NCBI GenBank assembly: GCA_041752695.1
Contig: JBGSVZ010000113.1
Span: 52,254-116,253, forward strand
Reading direction: 5' to 3'
DNA: 64,000 nucleotides
Origin: Terrimicrobiaceae bacterium
GTDB lineage: Bacteria; Verrucomicrobiota; Verrucomicrobiia; Chthoniobacterales; Terrimicrobiaceae
The position numbers were made by a program, and so were the translations under genes. Every line of letters begins with the position of its first letter. The first letter of the stretch is position 1. The notes under the pieces were generated by a model. The model had not been told where the DNA came from and searched no databases. It was given only the letters and a program-made list of their open reading frames with translations. This document shows, piece after piece, positions 59,473 to 64,000 of this stretch.

Positions 59473-59494
59473 ATATCGTGTAATTCCACGATAT
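59473..59494. promoter_or_regulatory. Perfect inverted repeat overlapping the S24 gene start
   Basis: ATATCGTG-TAATTC-CACGATAT. Confidence 0.45.
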
Positions 59495-59864
59495 GACACC
59501 AATGGCACGGCCATACGAAGATGAGCAGCGATCAGATCGCTTCATCTCCATTGATGCCGATGCCATCCAGCTTCCCCGGAATGCCAGGACGTTCGCCCTC
59601 AAGGTGTCCGGGGATTCCATGATCGGTGCCGGGATCCTGGACGGGGACATGGTCATTCTGGAGCATGGCATTCCCGCCAACCACGGCGACATCGTTGCCG
59701 CTGCGATTGATGGCGAGATGACACTCAAACGCTTGGTCGTCAAAGACCGGAAACCCTTTCTGAAAGCCGAGAACCCGAAGTACAAGACCCTCACCCCAGC
59801 ATACGAGCTGGTGATTGAGGGGGTGTTTCGGGCACTTATCCGGCTCAACAAGAAAGTGGCATGA
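59493..59864 (+). CDS. LexA/UmuD-type S24 peptidase domain protein lacking HTH and Ala-Gly cleavage site
   Basis: FALKVSGDSM (Ser), GDIVAA.IDGE.TLKR (Lys), L.AEN; in-frame TAA at 59481 excludes an N-terminal extension. Confidence 0.9.
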   Translation: MTPMARPYEDEQRSDRFISIDADAIQLPRNARTFALKVSGDSMIGAGILDGDMVILEHGIPANHGDIVAAAIDGEMTLKRLVVKDRKPFLKAENPKYKTLTPAYELVIEGVFRALIRLNKKVA

Positions 59865-59876
59865 GGAGGACTGGCG

Positions 59877-62800
59877 ATGATTGTCCATCTCGATGCCGAT
59901 GCGTTTTATGCCTCGGTTGAACAAGCGACGGACCCAAGATTGCGGGGAAGACCTGTGGCAGTGGGCGGACAGAAAAGAGGCATCGTTGCCAGCGCCAGCT
60001 ACGAGGCCAGAAAGCTCGGAGTCTATACCCCCATGCCCACCGCCAAGGCCCGGAAGATTTGCCCCAATCTTATCGTGGTTTCAGGGGACTTCGACCGATA
60101 CGAGCGTTTCAGCCGATGGATGTTCAGCTACGCCCTCGACCATACCCCCTTCGTAGAGGTCGCCTCGATTGATGAGGGATACTTCGACCTCAAGGGGAAC
60201 AGATCCAAATCACCCAGGGAGGTTGCCCAGATCATCCGCACCGCCATTCGGCAATCGATGCGGATCTCGGTTTCGGAAGGGATTGCCAGCAACAAACTGG
60301 TCAGTGCGGTGGCGAGTAAGCTGAAAAAGCCATCCTGCTTCTTGGAAATTTATCCAGGTGGCGAAAGGGATTTCCTCTCCCCTTTAGAAAACAAATGGCT
60401 CCCCGGCGTCGGTCCGGTCATGGCCAAGACGCTCAACCAAGCCGGCTTGGCACGGATCGGACAAATCGCTGAAGTTCCTCCCCAACAACTGAGCTTGTTC
60501 GTTGGTAAGGGAGCCAGGCAGATGTGGGAGTTTGCCCAGGGGATTGATGATCGTCCCGTCGTGACAGATTCCCCCGCTGCCAAAAGCTGGGGTGAACAGG
60601 AAACCTTCGGGGAGGATGTGACCGATGAAGATTGGATCCTGGCCAAGCTTCGCAGCATCGCGGACCGCCTTTTTGCCAAGGTGCGAGCGGAACAACGAAC
60701 CGTCCGCACCATTGAGGTCAGGATCCGGTACAACGATTTTGAGGACTGTCGGCGGAGCGAAAGCCTGGACGAACCAACCGACCTGGAGACCGACTCCTAT
60801 CCCCTCCTCCGCCGTCTGCTAAAAAAAGCATGGGAGCGGAGGGTTTCCCTCCGTTTGGTGTCGGTGAAGTTGAGCGGGGTCTATGGGGCAGTATTCCAAG
60901 CGGGACTCAACCTGATCGATGCCGGGGTGGATTCTGCCCTTCGAAGGAAGCTTTCCCCTGTGCTGGACGTGTTGAAAAGCAGGTACGGGAATAACGCTAT
61001 CATGCGTGGCCACGACCTGTTCCTACAGAGCTACGGCAATACGGCCGAACAGACTCCCGCAGGACCCAACATCATCACCCCGACCCGCAGAATCGAATGG
61101 GGACCCTTGAATTTCAAATCCTCGTACTCCTTCATGGATTCCCTGCTGAACGCACGGGATGTCGTGACCTTGGCGCTGGAAAACGGATGTCGCTCCGTTG
61201 CGGTGACCGACCCTAACCTTCACGGAGCCGTAGATTTCTTCATCACAGCGAAGGAAGCCGGAATCAAACCCATCATCGCGGCAGAGGTTGTTTTCCGCGG
61301 TACCCCCTCTCTTGCCTACGTCCGGGATGCCGTGGGTTATAGGAACATTTGTTCCACCCTGTCGTCACCCGAACGGGAACTGCACCCAGACTGCACCGAG
61401 GGATTGATTCTGAGGCCAGTGGGTTGGCTCCCGGAGATTCGGTACTCCGACCCCACCGAACGCCCCATGTTCGAGATTCTCCAGAGCATCCGAACACTTT
61501 CCCTCCTGGCCGAACGCAATCCCCAGAAGCGGAAGGGACGGTTCCATTTCCCCACCGCCCCGGAATTGTTGAACTACCAGACGGCCTGGAGGGATTCCTT
61601 GGAAATCGCGGAACAGTGCGAATTCGAATTCGAGTTGGGTGGCCTGAGATTCCCCCGCTACTTCCCTGCGGATGGCACCACCGCCCATGAATTCCTCCGT
61701 TGTCTAACCATGAAGGGCGTACAACGCAGATACGCCAACAAGCGTACGATGCTTCCTCGGGTGGAAAGCCAGATTGAGGAGGAACTCGGGATCATCAGTG
61801 AGGTGGGGTACGAGGAATACTTCCTCCTGACATGGGAGATTCTTCAGGACTGCAAGGCGGAGGGCATCGAGTGGATCACCCGGGGCAGCGCGGCCGACAG
61901 CCTGGTCTGCTATTGCCTCGGTATTTCAGATGTCTGTCCGATCCGGTTCGAGCTGTATTTCCGACGCTTTCTCAATCGGGACCGGATGGTGCTCAACAAG
62001 CTGCCTGACATCGATATCGACTTCGCCCATGACAGGAAGGATGACGTGGTTGACCTGATCTTCAAACGGTACGGCGAACATGCCGCAATCGTCGGGGGAT
62101 TCTCGACCTACCGCGGCAGAAGTGCGTTTGCCGACATCGCCAAGGTCATGGGGGTTTCTGAATACCAGATCCGAAGGATGACGGAGCGGCTCCCATCAAC
62201 CGGCGCGTCGAAGGTTCAGGAAGCTGTGGCGGAGAGCCAGGAATGCCGGGACTTGGATTTCACCGAGGATCCCTACCAGACAGCGTTGCGATTGGCGCAC
62301 CGCTTGGATGGATTCCCCAAGAATCCCAAGATGCATCCATGCGGGGTGGTGTTGTCACGCCTCCCCATCACTCACCTGACACCTGTCTTCCAGAGCGCCA
62401 AGGGATACCCGACCACTCACCTGGATATGGAACAGGTAGAAGCCATCGGGTTGATCAAAATGGACATCCTCGCTCAGGGTGGACTGGCGGTAATGCGGGA
62501 TACCCGGGAGATGCTGGCTGATCGGGGAATATCGGTGGATCTGAAAGCGTTGGAACCATGGGAGGATCCTGAGGTTTGGAAGATGATTTCCGCAGGCGAC
62601 GGCCGAGGTGTCCACCACATCGAATCACCCGCCATGTGTACGTTGCAGCGAATGGTGAAGGCAGACAACATTGATGACCTCATCGCCATCGTGAGCGTCA
62701 TTCGGCCCGGAGCAGCCAACAACTTGAAGAAGGAGCAGTTCGCTCTTCGAGCACAGAGTTTGGAGCCGGTTGACTACGTCCACCCTTCCTTGGAATCGGC

Positions 62801-63902
62801 CCTTCGATCCACCTACGGGGTTGTGGCCTACGAGGAACACATCCTCCAGATCTGCGAGGATTTTGCCGGCCTACCAGCGGGACGAGCCGACATCCTCCGC
62901 CGTGCCTTGGTGAAATCCCAAGAGGAGAAAATCAACGAAATTGGGAAGGAGTTCGAAGCTGCCGCAAAAGCGATAGGGCGTACTCCCGAAGAAATTAAAG
63001 CAGTCTGGGATCTCGTTTACGGCTTCCAAGGATACGCGTTTTGTAGGGCGCACTCCACTGCCTACGGGGTCGAGGCGTACGAGGCTGCATCACTCAAGAA
63101 ATACCATCCTGCCGAATTCCTCGCGGCAGTTCTTACCAATGGTAAGGGGTTTTACTCCAAGCTGGTTTACTCGATTGAGTGCCGGCGTCTTGGCATCGGG
63201 TTTCTGTCCCCAGACGTGAACCACTCCCGTGACCACTTTTTTCCTGTCGATGGCTCAATTCGCGTCCCACTTTCCCAAATCAACGGCCTATCCACCAAAG
63301 CCCTCCAACGGTGGGATACGGGCAAACCATATAGTTCCATGAGAGACTTTTACCTGCGTGTCCTGCCATCTACCGAAGAAATGAACCGGCTCATCCGTGT
63401 AGGTGCCTTCGACAGTTTGGGCCAACTTCGAACGGAGCAGTTCTGGCAGTTTCGGGAATTGGCTCAATGGCCAGCGGTTGCCGGACAAGGCATGCTCCTC
63501 ACAGGTTCGGAAAAACCCGACATTCCCCCCATCCCGTTGGTCGAGCCATCCCGGATCGAACGCCTCCGCGATGAACGGGAGATTCTGGGATTCCCCGTGA
63601 CTGATCATCCGTTGGCGATGTTCCCCGGTGTGAATTGGCATTCCTACTGCCCCATCGCTGCCCTCAAGGACAACCACGGCGAGCGGGTATCCATCGCCGG
63701 GATGATCATCGAAGACCGGCTGCACCGCCAGGACAACGGAGGGATGATGAAATTCATCTCCATCTGTGACAACACCGGCATCATCGAGTGTGAGTTGTTT
63801 GCCGAAGCCTACCGACGGTACGGCACCGAGACCGTCCGGTATCCCGTGGTTGAAGTGACAGTGAGGTGGACCCCAAAAATCGGACCAGTGGTTAAGCTAT
63901 AG
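59877..63902 (+). CDS. dnaE2: Fusion of Y-family DNA polymerase (DinB-like) and C-family error-prone polymerase DnaE2; last 13 codons derive from the IS
   Basis: HLDADAFYASVE, ASYEAR..G, SIDEGY; then SYSF..S, RGSAADS, PDIDIDF, HPCGVV, KMDIL, YAFCRAHS, OB fold; SD GAGGAGG. Confidence 0.93.
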   Translation: MIVHLDADAFYASVEQATDPRLRGRPVAVGGQKRGIVASASYEARKLGVYTPMPTAKARKICPNLIVVSGDFDRYERFSRWMFSYALDHTPFVEVASIDEGYFDLKGNRSKSPREVAQIIRTAIRQSMRISVSEGIASNKLVSAVASKLKKPSCFLEIYPGGERDFLSPLENKWLPGVGPVMAKTLNQAGLARIGQIAEVPPQQLSLFVGKGARQMWEFAQGIDDRPVVTDSPAAKSWGEQETFGEDVTDEDWILAKLRSIADRLFAKVRAEQRTVRTIEVRIRYNDFEDCRRSESLDEPTDLETDSYPLLRRLLKKAWERRVSLRLVSVKLSGVYGAVFQAGLNLIDAGVDSALRRKLSPVLDVLKSRYGNNAIMRGHDLFLQSYGNTAEQTPAGPNIITPTRRIEWGPLNFKSSYSFMDSLLNARDVVTLALENGCRSVAVTDPNLHGAVDFFITAKEAGIKPIIAAEVVFRGTPSLAYVRDAVGYRNICSTLSSPERELHPDCTEGLILRPVGWLPEIRYSDPTERPMFEILQSIRTLSLLAERNPQKRKGRFHFPTAPELLNYQTAWRDSLEIAEQCEFEFELGGLRFPRYFPADGTTAHEFLRCLTMKGVQRRYANKRTMLPRVESQIEEELGIISEVGYEEYFLLTWEILQDCKAEGIEWITRGSAADSLVCYCLGISDVCPIRFELYFRRFLNRDRMVLNKLPDIDIDFAHDRKDDVVDLIFKRYGEHAAIVGGFSTYRGRSAFADIAKVMGVSEYQIRRMTERLPSTGASKVQEAVAESQECRDLDFTEDPYQTALRLAHRLDGFPKNPKMHPCGVVLSRLPITHLTPVFQSAKGYPTTHLDMEQVEAIGLIKMDILAQGGLAVMRDTREMLADRGISVDLKALEPWEDPEVWKMISAGDGRGVHHIESPAMCTLQRMVKADNIDDLIAIVSVIRPGAANNLKKEQFALRAQSLEPVDYVHPSLESALRSTYGVVAYEEHILQICEDFAGLPAGRADILRRALVKSQEEKINEIGKEFEAAAKAIGRTPEEIKAVWDLVYGFQGYAFCRAHSTAYGVEAYEAASLKKYHPAEFLAAVLTNGKGFYSKLVYSIECRRLGIGFLSPDVNHSRDHFFPVDGSIRVPLSQINGLSTKALQRWDTGKPYSSMRDFYLRVLPSTEEMNRLIRVGAFDSLGQLRTEQFWQFRELAQWPAVAGQGMLLTGSEKPDIPPIPLVEPSRIERLRDEREILGFPVTDHPLAMFPGVNWHSYCPIAALKDNHGERVSIAGMIIEDRLHRQDNGGMMKFISICDNTGIIECELFAEAYRRYGTETVRYPVVEVTVRWTPKIGPVVKL

Positions 63903-64000
63903 ATTTTGCGGGAATCGGGAGGGAGGGATACAAGGAAAAAGCCGATGAAAGGAAAACGCAGAAGACACGAGCCGGAGTTCAAAGCCCGAGTGGCGCTGGA
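63862..64000 (+). mobile_element. IS3-family insertion sequence, left end and start of transposase OrfA (ATG 63945), partial
   Basis: TG-initiated end TGAGGTGGACCCCAAAAATCGGACCA; MKGKRRRHEPEFKARVAL. Confidence 0.85.

Larger units (their letters stand above)
53197..64000. mobile_element. Probable island/prophage-like accessory region beginning at the tRNA-Pro 3' end
   Basis: Abrupt switch to small hypothetical, phage-like and mutagenesis genes plus an IS; distal att and integrase not in window. Confidence 0.6.

Noticed and set aside
56140..59493. Canonical LexA boxes upstream of SRAP or the S24-polymerase operon
   Set aside because: No CTGT-N8-ACAG, GAAC-N4-GTTC or TGTTC-N4-GAACA match noticed by eye in the intergenic gaps; a PWM scan is needed
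59877..61030. Calling the N-terminal half ImuB
   Set aside because: Catalytic Asp/Asp-Glu motifs are intact, unlike ImuB

Overview
GC-rich bacterial DNA; the gene repertoire (PEP-CTERM protein, prepilin-type H-X9-DG-like protein, GGAG-type REP, GSDH/PA14/cytochrome c protein) points to a PVC-superphylum genome, most likely Verrucomicrobia (inference). All family calls are by motif recognition, no searches were run. Three blocks. (1) 1-~11040: right end of a genomic island ending in a tRNA-Cys-like 3' fragment (att). It carries a LysR regulator with a relic copy of its own 3' end, an ARPP-1/CX5R-phosphatase/RtcB operon, an RHH-led BREX-like locus broken 128 codons into its ATPase, and an Xis-like gene. 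(2) ~11200-53196: core genome: ExbBD-TonB, DEAD-box helicase, hisF, Fur, Tat-exported Mo-hydroxylase, hemB, sugar ABC/LacI/Gfo cluster, GTP-PEPCK, mazG, ispH, accA, tRNA-Pro(CGG). (3) 53197-64000: accessory region after tRNA-Pro with tandem small membrane and TPR paralogs, a thermonuclease, SRAP, DUF551-like genes and a PEP-CTERM gene. It also holds the most striking locus: an HTH-less LexA/UmuD-type S24 peptidase followed by one 1341-aa ORF fusing a catalytically intact Y-family (DinB-like) polymerase to a C-family DnaE2 polymerase, clipped at its 3' tip by an IS3-family element. No CRISPR array, rRNA or integrase is visible.
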